Shown: positions 19,406 through 29,765, counted from the first letter of the stretch. The stretch is 64,000 nt of DNA from Verrucomicrobiota bacterium (GCA_049522015.1 JBEKOG010000024.1:5291-69290), one strand, 5' to 3'. Made by a program: numbers and translations. Notes: a model not told the origin generated them from the letters alone.

Positions 19406-20152
19406 TCATTTTGATTCCATCCTGGATAGGATGAAATTTGGCCGGCTGTTCTGCGGGAAGCGGGACAACGGCTGTGTGCCATCAACCGATCCACGCAAAT
19501 TCCCGGCGAAGCGATCAGGTTTCGAGCCATTGGCTTGATGAGCAGGCCACGCCTTCGCCGGTCCTGCCAGCGGATCGGGATGGACCGAGAAGCGCACCAT
19601 GTTGGCCAGGTTCAGAACGCCGATTCCGCCGGTGCGGAGTCCGAAGATCAAACTCCGCTCTTTGAGGAGGGAATAGATCCTCAACAATCGGTCGGCTGGC
19701 AACCCGGCAACGATTTCCATCCAAAGGAACGAGTGTTGGCCATTGACCATTTCTATATCGAGAAATACCGGATAGTCGCCTGACGTGCGTGTTTGTACCC
19801 GTCCTTGTAAGTCGTGAAGAAACTTGTGGAACTCCGCCTCCGTTAGCTCCACCAAGGCTCCGATTACGAAATGGAAATCCCAAACCGAAAGCCGGTCGGT
19901 GATCAGGTCGATCCGCGTGATCAGGGGAGGAATAAACGTGGTTACCGAATGGTTGCCGACAATGGTGATTTTGGTTTGAGTAAGGATTCGAGCAGGGTTG
20001 AGTTCCTGCAGAGTGTGATTTACCAGATCGGGATCGTTTTGGGTAAACGTTGCGACCGAGCCATCGACACCTTGTATGCGGATTTGCAGGTTTGTCCCCG
20101 CATCCTTAATGGGCCTCTCCAAGGTGGCGTAATCGTGTGATTTCGAGTTCAA
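19406..20152 (-). CDS. Hypothetical protein
   Basis: 248-aa ORF overlapping the TlpA stop; TTG start uncertain; no recognised motif. Confidence 0.55.
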   Translation of the reverse strand: MNSKSHDYATLERPIKDAGTNLQIRIQGVDGSVATFTQNDPDLVNHTLQELNPARILTQTKITIVGNHSVTTFIPPLITRIDLITDRLSVWDFHFVIGALVELTEAEFHKFLHDLQGRVQTRTSGDYPVFLDIEMVNGQHSFLWMEIVAGLPADRLLRIYSLLKERSLIFGLRTGGIGVLNLANMVRFSVHPDPLAGPAKAWPAHQANGSKPDRFAGNLRGSVDGTQPLSRFPQNSRPNFILSRMESK

Positions 20153-20715
20153 TTTTTGTAATGGGCTGGCAAAACACGGACGATAGTTTGCTCATCAAGC
20201 TCCATCGGATGGCCGGACCAAACGACCCGGCCATCTTTGTCCAGAAGCCAGACCTGTGGGATGGTCTGCACCTGAAACTCGGTGGCCAGCGCCTGGTCCG
20301 CATCCAATGCCACGGCATAATCCATCGGCGTGCGCGCCCGGAAGCGTTCGACCACGGCCTTGTCCTCACCGGTGATCCCGACGATTTGCAGCCCGCGGTC
20401 GTGGAATTGTTTGTTGAGCTCGTTCAGGTGCGCGATACTCGCGCGGCAGGGCGGACACCACGTCGCCCAGAACTCAATCAGCACTGGATGGCCGTTGAGC
20501 GCAGGTTTGTCACCGAGAAATTCGAGATTCGCGGCGAGTGCCTTCACGTTGACGCGGGCGGATGATTCGGTTTCAGCGGGCGCGGCGGCGTTGGCGGCCG
20601 GTTTCGGCGTTGGTCCGCCCGTGTCAGTGCCAGTATGAGTCAAGGCCGCGTAGGTGCCAACGACCGCGAGGCCGAGGGTAACGGTGAGGAGTGCAATGAG
20701 AGTTTTGGTTTTCAT
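20149..20715 (-). CDS. TlpA-family thiol-disulfide oxidoreductase
   Basis: Signal anchor, EFWATWCPPC, and IP..WLLDKDGRV. Confidence 0.9.
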   Translation of the reverse strand: MKTKTLIALLTVTLGLAVVGTYAALTHTGTDTGGPTPKPAANAAAPAETESSARVNVKALAANLEFLGDKPALNGHPVLIEFWATWCPPCRASIAHLNELNKQFHDRGLQIVGITGEDKAVVERFRARTPMDYAVALDADQALATEFQVQTIPQVWLLDKDGRVVWSGHPMELDEQTIVRVLPAHYKN

Positions 20716-20739
20716 GGAATTCAGTGTGTCGAGCTTGAG

Positions 20740-21606
20740 TCAGGTTCGGTGAGTGGATTGGGAACGGTCGCCGGATTGCGGCACGACGCGGGCGAGATCC
20801 GCACGCGCCACCCAGCCGGAGCGGCCCGCTGAAGTTTGCACGAGCGCGAAGCCCTGGTGCTCGGCGCGCACTGTCACCGTCTCGCCTGAATGCAACTGGA
20901 ACGCCGGCTCAGCATCCGAGACCGGCGAAATGCGGGCCGGGGTTTCGCCGGTGATGACGACGGCTGCTTTCATCATTGGCCACGTTGTGATCGCACTGCC
21001 GATGGCGGTGGCGGCGAGCAATGCGCCCACGACAGTCAATGAGCGGAAGGTCAATCGACGTTGCGGATGCATGCGAACGAGGAGCAGGCTCATGCCGGCG
21101 AGCACCACGCCGAAGCTGCCAAACCAAGCCAGCGTATTTGGGCGGGCAAAGGTCAAGCTGCGGGCGAACCAGTTCTCCGGCGCGTCCGGCAGGCCCGCCT
21201 TGGCACGGACGAAGTGCAAGTTCGCGGCGATGTCGGCATCGTTGGGCGTGAGCAGGAGCGCGCGTTCGTAATTCAGAATTGCCGGACCGGTCTTCCCTTG
21301 GCGGGCGGCGGCGTTGCCTTGATTGAAAAGTGCCGCCGCCGAGTAGCCGCTCGTTGCCGTGGTGTTCAAACTGGGTTGCGTTCCGGTCGCTGCGTGCGCG
21401 GTGACGAGGCAAATCGGCAGCGTCAGTGCCGCCACCAGTGCGGCGCAGCACAAACGGGCGAAGCCGTGATATTTCCTTCGGCACGCGAACGACGGCTTGG
21501 AACAAGATTCACCGCTCATTTTACGGCGCACTCGATGGAGCAATTTTCGCGTGACCATCATTTTTTCCGGATCAATGCGAACTGTCAGAATATCGAACAA
21601 TCTCAT
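20740..21606 (-). CDS. batE: BatE-like TPR + SH3 protein
   Basis: FNQGNA...AILNYERALLLTP.DADIAANL, two TM segments, C-terminal SH3-like domain ending GRSGWV. Confidence 0.8.
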   Translation of the reverse strand: MRLFDILTVRIDPEKMMVTRKLLHRVRRKMSGESCSKPSFACRRKYHGFARLCCAALVAALTLPICLVTAHAATGTQPSLNTTATSGYSAAALFNQGNAAARQGKTGPAILNYERALLLTPNDADIAANLHFVRAKAGLPDAPENWFARSLTFARPNTLAWFGSFGVVLAGMSLLLVRMHPQRRLTFRSLTVVGALLAATAIGSAITTWPMMKAAVVITGETPARISPVSDAEPAFQLHSGETVTVRAEHQGFALVQTSAGRSGWVARADLARVVPQSGDRSQSTHRT

Positions 21607-23468
21607 AATGCCTCCGTATCTTTAAGTTGGTCATGGATGGTTTCTTTCCACTGCTGGAAATCCGCCATGCTGAGGTGTTGTCCGGAATAGGCGGCTTGGT
21701 CCGCCAAGGCGAAGATGCGGCGGATTTCCGCGCTGTCACCGTTCAGGCGCGCGTCAATTTCCGCAATCGTGATCGAGGCGGGCGCGACGAGCCAGCGCGT
21801 GGCCAGTTTCTGCTGCAACGCGGCGCGCCCGGATTGAAAGAAGCGCAGCGAGTCACCGGCGGCTGACGCGGCCTCCATCTCCGCCAGACAACGCCCGATG
21901 TCGCCCGAGGCCTCGCGCTGGCGTGCGCCGTCCGCGTCCTGTGTGTGTCGTTCACGGCGGCGCAAGAAAATCAGGCCACCCGCAAAACCGAGCACCAACG
22001 TGCTTTGCGTGCCCACAAACCACGGTTGAAAATAGAGCGGACGCAGCGTCGCAACCGTGCCGCCCGTTTCGACACGGTCCGGGCGGAGTCCATCGCGCGG
22101 CGGTTCGCTGGCCGGAGTCGGGCTTGCGTTTGAAGCCGGCGCAGCGGCTGTGGCTAGACCTCCAGCGGATGTCGGCGAAACTTCCACGCTCAAGGGTGTG
22201 GTCAGTTTACTTTCGTAGCGGCGTGTCTCGGGATTGAAGAAGCTGAACGCCAGCGTCGGCACGGTTTGCCGACCTGGTTGCATCGGGATGACCGCCTGCT
22301 CAAAATCCTTCTCGCCGCTGTAACCGGCGCTGTCGGCCGGTGCAAACTTCGCGGTTGGCTGGTAAGTCTTCCAACCGTCCGCTGCGCCGAGCATCGCGCT
22401 GTTGACACGGTCGAAATCGCCCGTGCCGGTCACTTTCAGTCGCAGCGTGAGCGGGTCGCCGGCGGCGCTCCGGGCAGAGGAAAGTTCGCTGCTGACTTCG
22501 AATTTTCCGACCGCGCCGCTGAAGCCGGCGGGGCGGCCCGCAGCGGGCAACGCCAGCACCGTGAGCGCATCCGGGTCGCTCGCCACGGTGATTTGTTTTT
22601 CGGTGGTGCCGCCGCCAAAGAAACTTTGGAAAAACGGATCGTTCAACATGGAACCATCCAACATGCCTTCCGGCATTTGGGCGCGGCGCGGCGCGGTGCG
22701 AATTTGCACGGTGAGCGGCGTTTCGACGGTGAGTGGGAATTCGCCGGGCTTCACGGCCGCCAGAACGCTGTGCCAGGTGAGCACTGTGTATGGCTGGCCT
22801 TCGACCATTTCCTGCGTCTGCTCCGGCTTGTCGGAAAGTTTGTTTAACGTGAAGGAATCACCATTCAGGGTCGGCAGGCCATCCAACTGTGCCACCAAAC
22901 CGGGGCGCAACCCCACCTGGATTTCCACCGGTACGGTTTCTCCGACATAAAGTTCATGCTTCGGCAAAAGCAGCCGCGCGAAGGCCGCGCCATCCTGCGT
23001 CGTGTGTGTCTCCCCAGCGGACAATCCACTCGTGGCCGGTGGCGGCAGGCTGGACGCGCCGGAGTTGTTGCCCGTCGTCGCGCTGCTGCCACCGTTGCCG
23101 GGTAGGACGTGCAGCACGAGCGATTGGGATCCACGGCTCAGGGCCGGGATGGTGAACGTGCCCGCGTGCTGCGGCGTCACCGCGTAAGTTATCGAAGTGG
23201 TCGAGGTAGTGACGCCGTTGATGGATTCATATTGGCTCGATTGGCCGACGGCTGCGAACTCCAAGCCCGGCACGACCGGTGGCGAAATGTCATCTGCACT
23301 GCTGCCGGATACCGAGAGGGTCAGTTGCGCGGAATCACCCAGCGCAATGTTGGCACGGTCCAGTTGCGCGGTGACGGCGGGCGCCGCTACGGCCGCCGTG
23401 CCGACGAGCGCAACGACGGCGGCTAAAACCGCAATCAGCGGACGGAAGCGAGACAAGTTTGTTTTCAT
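21603..23468 (-). CDS. batD: BatD family protein
   Basis: Signal peptide, Ig-like repeats, FSGAVGKF and FFNPET motifs; position in the operon. Confidence 0.85.
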   Translation of the reverse strand: MKTNLSRFRPLIAVLAAVVALVGTAAVAAPAVTAQLDRANIALGDSAQLTLSVSGSSADDISPPVVPGLEFAAVGQSSQYESINGVTTSTTSITYAVTPQHAGTFTIPALSRGSQSLVLHVLPGNGGSSATTGNNSGASSLPPPATSGLSAGETHTTQDGAAFARLLLPKHELYVGETVPVEIQVGLRPGLVAQLDGLPTLNGDSFTLNKLSDKPEQTQEMVEGQPYTVLTWHSVLAAVKPGEFPLTVETPLTVQIRTAPRRAQMPEGMLDGSMLNDPFFQSFFGGGTTEKQITVASDPDALTVLALPAAGRPAGFSGAVGKFEVSSELSSARSAAGDPLTLRLKVTGTGDFDRVNSAMLGAADGWKTYQPTAKFAPADSAGYSGEKDFEQAVIPMQPGRQTVPTLAFSFFNPETRRYESKLTTPLSVEVSPTSAGGLATAAAPASNASPTPASEPPRDGLRPDRVETGGTVATLRPLYFQPWFVGTQSTLVLGFAGGLIFLRRRERHTQDADGARQREASGDIGRCLAEMEAASAAGDSLRFFQSGRAALQQKLATRWLVAPASITIAEIDARLNGDSAEIRRIFALADQAAYSGQHLSMADFQQWKETIHDQLKDTEAL

Positions 23469-23469
23469 A

Positions 23470-25521
23470 TCACCAATCCTTGATGGGTTGATCCGACTGC
23501 TGGCTGATGTTGCCATTGCGCGCGACCGGTGCGGTCGGCAGGCGTTGTTCTTCGTTTTTCACCGAGTCGAGGAGCGCTTGCGCGTCCGCTTTGCTCATCT
23601 GGCCCGGCTCGACCTGCGAATCGGCAGCCTGCGCGGCAGCGTTCTGGTCCGGGTTCGCGCCGGCCTGGGCTTGGGCGTTACCTTGCGGCTGACCATTGGC
23701 CGGCTGGGGTTGCTGCCCGTTTTGATCGGGCTGCTTTTGCTGGTCTGGTTTTGAACCACTGTTGGCCTGCTGCTGATCTTTTTGTTGATCAGGTTTGGAA
23801 CCCGCGCCCGATTTCTGGTTTTGATTTTCCTGGTTCTTCGCCTGGGAATTTTGACCCGATTGATTCTGCTGATCCGATTTCTGGTCTTTATTCTGCTGGT
23901 TTTTCTGGCCGGAGTTTTGGGCCGACTTGTTCTGTTGATCCTGTTTTTGATCCTGATTCTGCTTTTGGTTCTGCTGCTGTTGCTGCTTCTTCAATTCCTC
24001 CAGTTTTCGCTGCACGAGGTCGCGGTTGAATTTGGCGTCGGCGTCATTGGCGTGGAGTTGCAGGGCGGCGTCATACGTTTTCACCGCCTGTTCCCAGGCC
24101 TGGATGGTTTGCTGCGGATTGGCCGGCTCGGTCTTCTGCCCGTTGCGATAAAGCGTGTTGCCGAGGTCGTAATAGGCGTCCTCCTGCGCGGCCAGGCGCT
24201 TGGGATCGGCGGACGGTTTGCCGTCGAGCGATTTTTGAAACGCCGCGGCGGCCTGCGGGAACTGGCCCGCCTTGTAAGCCGCTGTGCCGGCATTGAACAA
24301 GAGATCGGGCTGCTTGGGGTTGCGTTGCGCGGCGGCGGCATACTCGCGTTCAGCCGCGGCAAAGTCGCCCTTTTGATAAGCCTTTTCGGCGGTGGCAGTG
24401 GAAGCCTGCGCGTTATGGAATGGCAGGAACAAAAGCAAACCGAGCATGGCCGCCGCCGGTTGCGTCATCAGGTTTGGCCGCGTTTTGCCGGTCGCCGCCG
24501 CTGGCGCTTCAAGTTTCCGCGCGCTGCGCCGCCGCGTGCCGACGAGCGTGCTGGCAAGCAGCAGGACGAGTGAAGCCGCCAGCGGCCAATGGAATCGTTC
24601 CGTATAGACCCGTTGCCGCCGCGACGCGAGTTCGTGTTTGGCCAGCGGCGCGAGCGCCTGCTGGTAAATGGTGTCGAGTCCCTGGCCTTGCGCGCCGAGC
24701 GGCGCGTAGATTCCGCCGGTCACCGCGGCAATCGCCTGCAAGCCCGCTTGGTCGAGATGCGACTTCACGAACTGGCCGGACTCGTCCTTCACAAAACCGC
24801 CGCCCTGTTCCGGCGGAATGGGAATCAAGTCGCCGGTCGCCGTACCGACACCGACCGTGCAAATCTTCAGGCCATCTGTCGCCGCCGCCTTGGCTGTGTC
24901 CAGCGCGCTGCCTTCGAGGTCTTCACCGTCCGTGAGCAGGACGAGAACATTGTCCGTGGCCGGGCGATTTTGCAGCGCGGCCTGCGCCTCGTGTATCGCA
25001 CTCGCGATGTCCGTGCCGCCCCGCGGGATGATGGTGGTGTCGAGCGCCGCGAGCGATTCGTGGAACGCGTCATAGTCGAGGGTGATGGGGCATTGCAGAA
25101 AGGCGTTGCCCGCAAAGGCGATCAGGCCGACGCCGTCGCCGTTCATTTTGCTCACGAAATCATCCACCGCGAGTTTGGCGCGGGTGAGGCGGTCGGGCTT
25201 CATGTCCGGCGTCAACATGCTGCGGGAAGTGTCCACGGCAAAGATAACTTCGATGCCGTGCCGCTTCATTTCCTCCCAACGGAAACCGGCCTGGGGGCGT
25301 GCGAGTGCGACGAAGAGGCAGCCGACGGCGGCGAGGAACAACCCGCGTTTCCAGTTTCGCCGGACGGTGGAGAACGACGCGGTGAGTTGCGCGTGCAGGT
25401 GCGACGACGCGAACGTGGCGAGCGCCGCGCGCTGGCGGGCGTCGTAACGCCGCCACGCCCAAACGAGCGCGCCACAGGCGATCAAACCGGCCAGCAACCA
25501 GATGGGTTCAGCGAATTTCAT
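23470..25521 (-). CDS. batB: BatB-BatC fusion (VWA + TPR + Q/N-rich tail)
   Basis: MIDAS DTSRS, PDRL, LLTDGE, TPRs (YYDLGN), Q-rich linker, and terminal KDW. Confidence 0.85.
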   Translation of the reverse strand: MKFAEPIWLLAGLIACGALVWAWRRYDARQRAALATFASSHLHAQLTASFSTVRRNWKRGLFLAAVGCLFVALARPQAGFRWEEMKRHGIEVIFAVDTSRSMLTPDMKPDRLTRAKLAVDDFVSKMNGDGVGLIAFAGNAFLQCPITLDYDAFHESLAALDTTIIPRGGTDIASAIHEAQAALQNRPATDNVLVLLTDGEDLEGSALDTAKAAATDGLKICTVGVGTATGDLIPIPPEQGGGFVKDESGQFVKSHLDQAGLQAIAAVTGGIYAPLGAQGQGLDTIYQQALAPLAKHELASRRQRVYTERFHWPLAASLVLLLASTLVGTRRRSARKLEAPAAATGKTRPNLMTQPAAAMLGLLLFLPFHNAQASTATAEKAYQKGDFAAAEREYAAAAQRNPKQPDLLFNAGTAAYKAGQFPQAAAAFQKSLDGKPSADPKRLAAQEDAYYDLGNTLYRNGQKTEPANPQQTIQAWEQAVKTYDAALQLHANDADAKFNRDLVQRKLEELKKQQQQQNQKQNQDQKQDQQNKSAQNSGQKNQQNKDQKSDQQNQSGQNSQAKNQENQNQKSGAGSKPDQQKDQQQANSGSKPDQQKQPDQNGQQPQPANGQPQGNAQAQAGANPDQNAAAQAADSQVEPGQMSKADAQALLDSVKNEEQRLPTAPVARNGNISQQSDQPIKDW

Positions 25522-25563
25522 ATTGGTCCTTTTGAGTGTGAGTTGAAATGGATGGGTTCCGGT

Positions 25564-26562
25564 TCATGGCAGCCTCCGATAACGTATCTGCTCCAACCCC
25601 ACGGCCAGGCCGAGCACGCCGAGGGCGGGAATCAAGGCCCAGGCAAACAAGTCCTGATAATGTTCAAACTTGTGAATAGTCTCCTTGCTTTTTTCGAGAC
25701 CGTTGATACTGGCGTAAATGTGTTTCAGCGAATCGGTGTCCGTGGCGCGATAGAATTGGCCACCCGTCTCGGCGGCGATTTTCTGGAGCGTGTCCTCGTC
25801 CACGTCCACTTTGGCCATGACGATCTGGGTATTCCCCATTTGATCCTTCACCGGCACGGGCGCTTCGCCGCGCACGCCGGCCGCGATGGTATAGACTTTT
25901 ACACCCATCGCCTTCGCGGCCTCGGCGGCGGCAGCGGGCGAAATTTTACCGCAATTGTTCATGCCGTCGGTGAGCAGCACGATAATTTTCGATTTGGCGG
26001 GCGTATCGCGCAGCCGGTTGACGCAGGCGGCAATCGCCGAGCCGATGGCCGTGCCGTCTTCGACCCCGGCGACCTGGACGCGGCTGAGGTTTTGTTGCAG
26101 CCAGTCGTGATCGAGCGTGAGCGGGCTGACGAGGTAAGGCAGGCCGGCAAACGCGACAATGCCAATGCGGTCGTTGGGCCGGTCTTCGATGAACTTGCTG
26201 ACAACGGACTTTACGACATCAATGCGGTTGGCCGGTTGGCCGTTCACTTTAAAATCGAGTGCCTGCATTGAGCCGGACACATCCAGCGCGAGCATGATGT
26301 CGATGCCGCTCGCCTGCACGTTGGCGCCGCCATGGCCGAATTGCGGCCGGGCAAGTCCGACGACCATCAGCGCACCGGCGAGGATCGGCAGCAGCCAGAC
26401 CCAGCGGCCGGCGCGACTGCGCGTTTGGCGGGCGACCTGCCGGGCGAGGCTGACATTGGAGTATTGGACGGCGGCCACCGCGCCGCGCCGTCCGCGCCAG
26501 AGCAGCGCGAGAGGCAACAGCACCAGCAGCCAGAGCCATTCAGGTTGAAGAAAACGAATCAT
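25564..26562 (-). CDS. batA: BatA VWA-domain protein
   Basis: F..P.WLWLL N-terminus, LARP, DVSGSM, GTAIG, LLTDG.NN.G. Confidence 0.9.
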   Translation of the reverse strand: MIRFLQPEWLWLLVLLPLALLWRGRRGAVAAVQYSNVSLARQVARQTRSRAGRWVWLLPILAGALMVVGLARPQFGHGGANVQASGIDIMLALDVSGSMQALDFKVNGQPANRIDVVKSVVSKFIEDRPNDRIGIVAFAGLPYLVSPLTLDHDWLQQNLSRVQVAGVEDGTAIGSAIAACVNRLRDTPAKSKIIVLLTDGMNNCGKISPAAAAEAAKAMGVKVYTIAAGVRGEAPVPVKDQMGNTQIVMAKVDVDEDTLQKIAAETGGQFYRATDTDSLKHIYASINGLEKSKETIHKFEHYQDLFAWALIPALGVLGLAVGLEQIRYRRLP

Positions 26563-26574
26563 AGATTTAATGAG

Positions 26575-27327
26575 TTAAGGGTTTGCAGGAACGGGTTCGG
26601 ACACAATGGCAGTTCCTTCAGGAATCGGCGGCGCGTCGTCGGCTTTGGTTTCGGGCGGCAGCGGTTTGCCGGTTTCGAGCACGAAGTTGTGCGCGCTCTG
26701 GAGCATGGTTTCCATCTCTTCAATCGAGAGAATCCAGCGGGCGAACTTCGCGAGGTCGCAGTGCCGGAGAAAATCCGCCAGCAATTCGCGATGGCTCACG
26801 AGCAAGGCGTCGGACGGGTCGAGCAGGTCGTGGAGAAACTCCTCGGTGGTCCGGCGCGCGGCCCAGACCCGGAAACGTATCTCAATGTATTGGCGCACGA
26901 TTTCCGAGACGCTGATGGAGAATTCGCGGGCATTTTCCGGCTGCATCAGGGACCGGGCTTCCTCCAGCTTGGCGAGCGCGATTTCATACGGGAGCAGCGC
27001 GGCAATCAGAGCGCGACGACGATTCCAGCGCCAGGCGGCGTAAAGCAGGGCGGCGAGCGCCGCGCCGCCGGCCAGCCACAAAGGCCAGAGCCAGGGCGAC
27101 GCAATGGGTTTCGGCCCGCGAATATCGCGGATGTCTTCGTTCACAGCGCCCGACGGTGTCGCGGATACCGCTTTCGTCAAAGCCGGCGCAGTCATTCTGG
27201 TGGCGGGAGTTGCCGGCTTGGCCGGCGTCGGACTGGATTGCGCGAAAACGTTAGAACTCGCGAGCGACAGCACCACCACTGTCAAGGCCAGTCCGCGCCA
27301 CAGATTGAGTTTGAATATCGGTTTCAT
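26575..27327 (-). CDS. DUF4381-like membrane protein of the Bat operon
   Basis: IRDIRGP plus TM, TTEEFL, CDLAKFA. Confidence 0.75.
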   Translation of the reverse strand: MKPIFKLNLWRGLALTVVVLSLASSNVFAQSSPTPAKPATPATRMTAPALTKAVSATPSGAVNEDIRDIRGPKPIASPWLWPLWLAGGAALAALLYAAWRWNRRRALIAALLPYEIALAKLEEARSLMQPENAREFSISVSEIVRQYIEIRFRVWAARRTTEEFLHDLLDPSDALLVSHRELLADFLRHCDLAKFARWILSIEEMETMLQSAHNFVLETGKPLPPETKADDAPPIPEGTAIVSEPVPANP

Positions 27328-28235
27328 CAGTGTCTCCGTTCCCGGTTTTTGAAGAAGCGTTGCAGCGCCGGCAAATACGGCACGGCGGTGTCCAGCTCCA
27401 GGGTGTCAATCGCCTCCGCGCGAAACCCGCGCACGAGCCTTTGCGTCCTTTCGTTCACTTCCGCCTCGAAACGGGCGCGGATCTTCGGGTCGGCGGTGTC
27501 GAGTTCGACCACTTCGTCGGTTTCCGCGTCTTCGATGGCGAGCACGCCCACGTCCGGCAATGACTTTTCACGGGCGTCCTGGATGTGCAACGCGACGAGG
27601 TCGTGGCGGCGGTTGGTTTGCCGCATCGCGCGGCGCAAGTTTTCGAGCGCCTGGTCGGGATCGTCCGATGACTGAAAGTCCGAGATGAGAAACGCAATCG
27701 CGCGCCGATGCAGGATGTGATTGGCAAAGTCGAGCGCCTTGACCGTGTCCGTGCCTCGTCCGCGCGGTTGATGGAAAAGGATTTCCCGCACCACGCGGAG
27801 AACATGGCGGCGGCCTTTCTTGGGCGGGATGTATTCCTCGACGCGGTCGGTGTAGAGAATCAGGCCGACTTTGTCGCTGTTGCGGATGGCGGAAAAGGCC
27901 AGCACGCTGGCGATTTCGGCGGCGAGTTCGCGTTTGCTATTCGCGGCCGAGCCGAAGTTCCCCGACGCGCTCACGTCCACCAGGAGCAGGATGGTCAACT
28001 CGCGCTCCTCGGTGAATTTCTTCACGAACGGGTGGCCGCTGCGGGCGGTGACGTTCCAATCAATCGTCCGCACCTCGTCACCCGGCACGTATTCGCGCAC
28101 CTCGTCGAAGTCCATGCCCCGGCCTTTGAAGACCGAGTGGTATTGGCCGGCGAGCGTGTCGTTGACCAGGCGGCGCGTGCGAATTTCAAGCTGCCGCATC
28201 CGGCCCAGGATGTTTTTGGCTTTTTCAGGGTTCAT
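27327..28235 (-). CDS. DUF58 (VWA-like) protein
   Basis: GRGMDFDEVREYVPGDEVRTIDWNVTAR, DVSAS, ISDF. Confidence 0.92.
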   Translation of the reverse strand: MNPEKAKNILGRMRQLEIRTRRLVNDTLAGQYHSVFKGRGMDFDEVREYVPGDEVRTIDWNVTARSGHPFVKKFTEERELTILLLVDVSASGNFGSAANSKRELAAEIASVLAFSAIRNSDKVGLILYTDRVEEYIPPKKGRRHVLRVVREILFHQPRGRGTDTVKALDFANHILHRRAIAFLISDFQSSDDPDQALENLRRAMRQTNRRHDLVALHIQDAREKSLPDVGVLAIEDAETDEVVELDTADPKIRARFEAEVNERTQRLVRGFRAEAIDTLELDTAVPYLPALQRFFKNRERRH

Positions 28236-28267
28236 AATGGTTGTTCCGTTCAGGGTTTGCCGGCGGT

Positions 28268-29440
28268 TCAGGGCACGGGCAGCGTGTCGAGAATTTTCTG
28301 GATCAGGTCGTCCGAGTTGATGTTCTCGGCCTCGGCCTCGTAACTCACCGCCACGCGGTGACGCAGCACGTCGGGCGCGAGCTTCTTCACATCCTGCGGC
28401 GTCACGTAGCCGCGGCCCTCGAGGAACGCGGCGGCCCGCGCGGCGAGCGTGAGGTTGATGGTGGCGCGCGGTGAAGCCCCGACCTGGATGTAACCATTGA
28501 GGTCCAGCCCGGCGGCCTTCGGATCGCGGGTCGCCAGCACCAGGCTCACGATGTAGTCCTTGATCTTGTCGTCCACGTAAATGGTGTTGACCACGCGGCG
28601 GGCGCGAATGATTTCCTCGCCGGAAACGACCGGCTGCACGCCAAGCGAAGGTTCGCTGGTGGCCATCGCATCCAGAATGGCGCGTTCCTCGACGCGATTC
28701 GGGTAGCCGATGAGCACCTTCATCATGAAGCGGTCCACCTGTGCTTCGGGCAACGGATACGTGCCTTCGTGCTCCAGCGGATTCTGCGTGGCGAGCACGA
28801 GGAATGGATTGGGCAGTTCGTAGGTCGAATCGCCGAGGGTCACCTGGCGCTCCTGCATGGCTTCGAGCAACGCGCTTTGCACCTTGGCCGGCGCGCGGTT
28901 GATTTCATCGGCCAGAATGAGGTTGGCGAAAATCGGGCCGTGCTTGGTGCGGAATTCGCCGTCCTGCGGATTGTAAATCATCGTGCCCACAATGTCGGCG
29001 GGCAGCATATCCGGCGTGAATTGGAGACGCTGGAAGCGGAGGCTGACGCCGCCGGCGAGCGTTTTGAGCGAAAGCGTTTTCGCCAGCCCGGGCACGCCTT
29101 CAAGCAGGACATGGCCGTTGGTGACGAGCGCAATAAGCAGGCGATCAATCAGTTGCTTTTGTCCGACAATGACGCGCCCCATCTCCTGTTGCAGAGGGCG
29201 CACCCAGGCCGAAGTTTCCCGCACCGCGTCATTGACCGCCTGAATGGTCACGTTCGGTCCGGCGACCGGCGAAGTTGCTCTGGCCACTGGTGCCGGCACG
29301 GGCCGGGGATTGAGGCGTGGAGTAGGTTGGTATCGGAGTTTGTCGAAGGCAGCGTCATTCGTGGCCGGCCCCGGCGCGGGCAGCGTGGCGACGTTGGCAT
29401 CGCGGTCTTGAACTAGCGGATTTAATTGATTGTTTTTCAT
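28268..29440 (-). CDS. moxR: MoxR-family AAA+ ATPase
   Basis: GHVLLEGVPGLAKT, QFTPDMLPADI, LADEINRAPAKVQSALLEAMQE, GASPRA; about 65-aa Pro-rich N-terminal extension. Confidence 0.95.
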   Translation of the reverse strand: MKNNQLNPLVQDRDANVATLPAPGPATNDAAFDKLRYQPTPRLNPRPVPAPVARATSPVAGPNVTIQAVNDAVRETSAWVRPLQQEMGRVIVGQKQLIDRLLIALVTNGHVLLEGVPGLAKTLSLKTLAGGVSLRFQRLQFTPDMLPADIVGTMIYNPQDGEFRTKHGPIFANLILADEINRAPAKVQSALLEAMQERQVTLGDSTYELPNPFLVLATQNPLEHEGTYPLPEAQVDRFMMKVLIGYPNRVEERAILDAMATSEPSLGVQPVVSGEEIIRARRVVNTIYVDDKIKDYIVSLVLATRDPKAAGLDLNGYIQVGASPRATINLTLAARAAAFLEGRGYVTPQDVKKLAPDVLRHRVAVSYEAEAENINSDDLIQKILDTLPVP

Positions 29441-29510
29441 ATACTGTGAGCGGTCGTTTGTTTTATTTTTTGCTTTCGCGGCATCACCCCGACACCGCTT
29501 CGTTCTGTAA

Positions 29511-29567
29511 GCAATAGACCACAGGAAAATGGCTGGGAGCTTTCGGCAGGCTTACAAATTTGTAAGC
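29511..29567 (-). promoter_or_regulatory. Putative promoter with near-palindrome CTTACAAATTTGTAAG upstream of moxR-bat
   Basis: Inverted repeat at 29551-29566; same element spacing as 18111-18167. Confidence 0.6.
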
Positions 29568-29765
29568 TGCGAATGGAGAATAAGAAATGAGAAGCAGGCT
29601 GATCCTCACTTCAGTCATCATTGAAAGCAGTGTCCAGTTGACCATTATTTAGCGCTGGAAACTTTTGGGGTTCTCCGCTTCGCTCCGATTTGTCCCTGTG
29701 CGTCAGGTTTCACTCGCCATCCTTCCGGCCTGCCGTGTCGGGGCTGGATTCATCAAGTCTGGCAT

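Noticed and set aside
23690-24000. CAG/AAC-rich repeat tract
   Set aside because: This is the usual Q/N-rich linker of BatC-type proteins.
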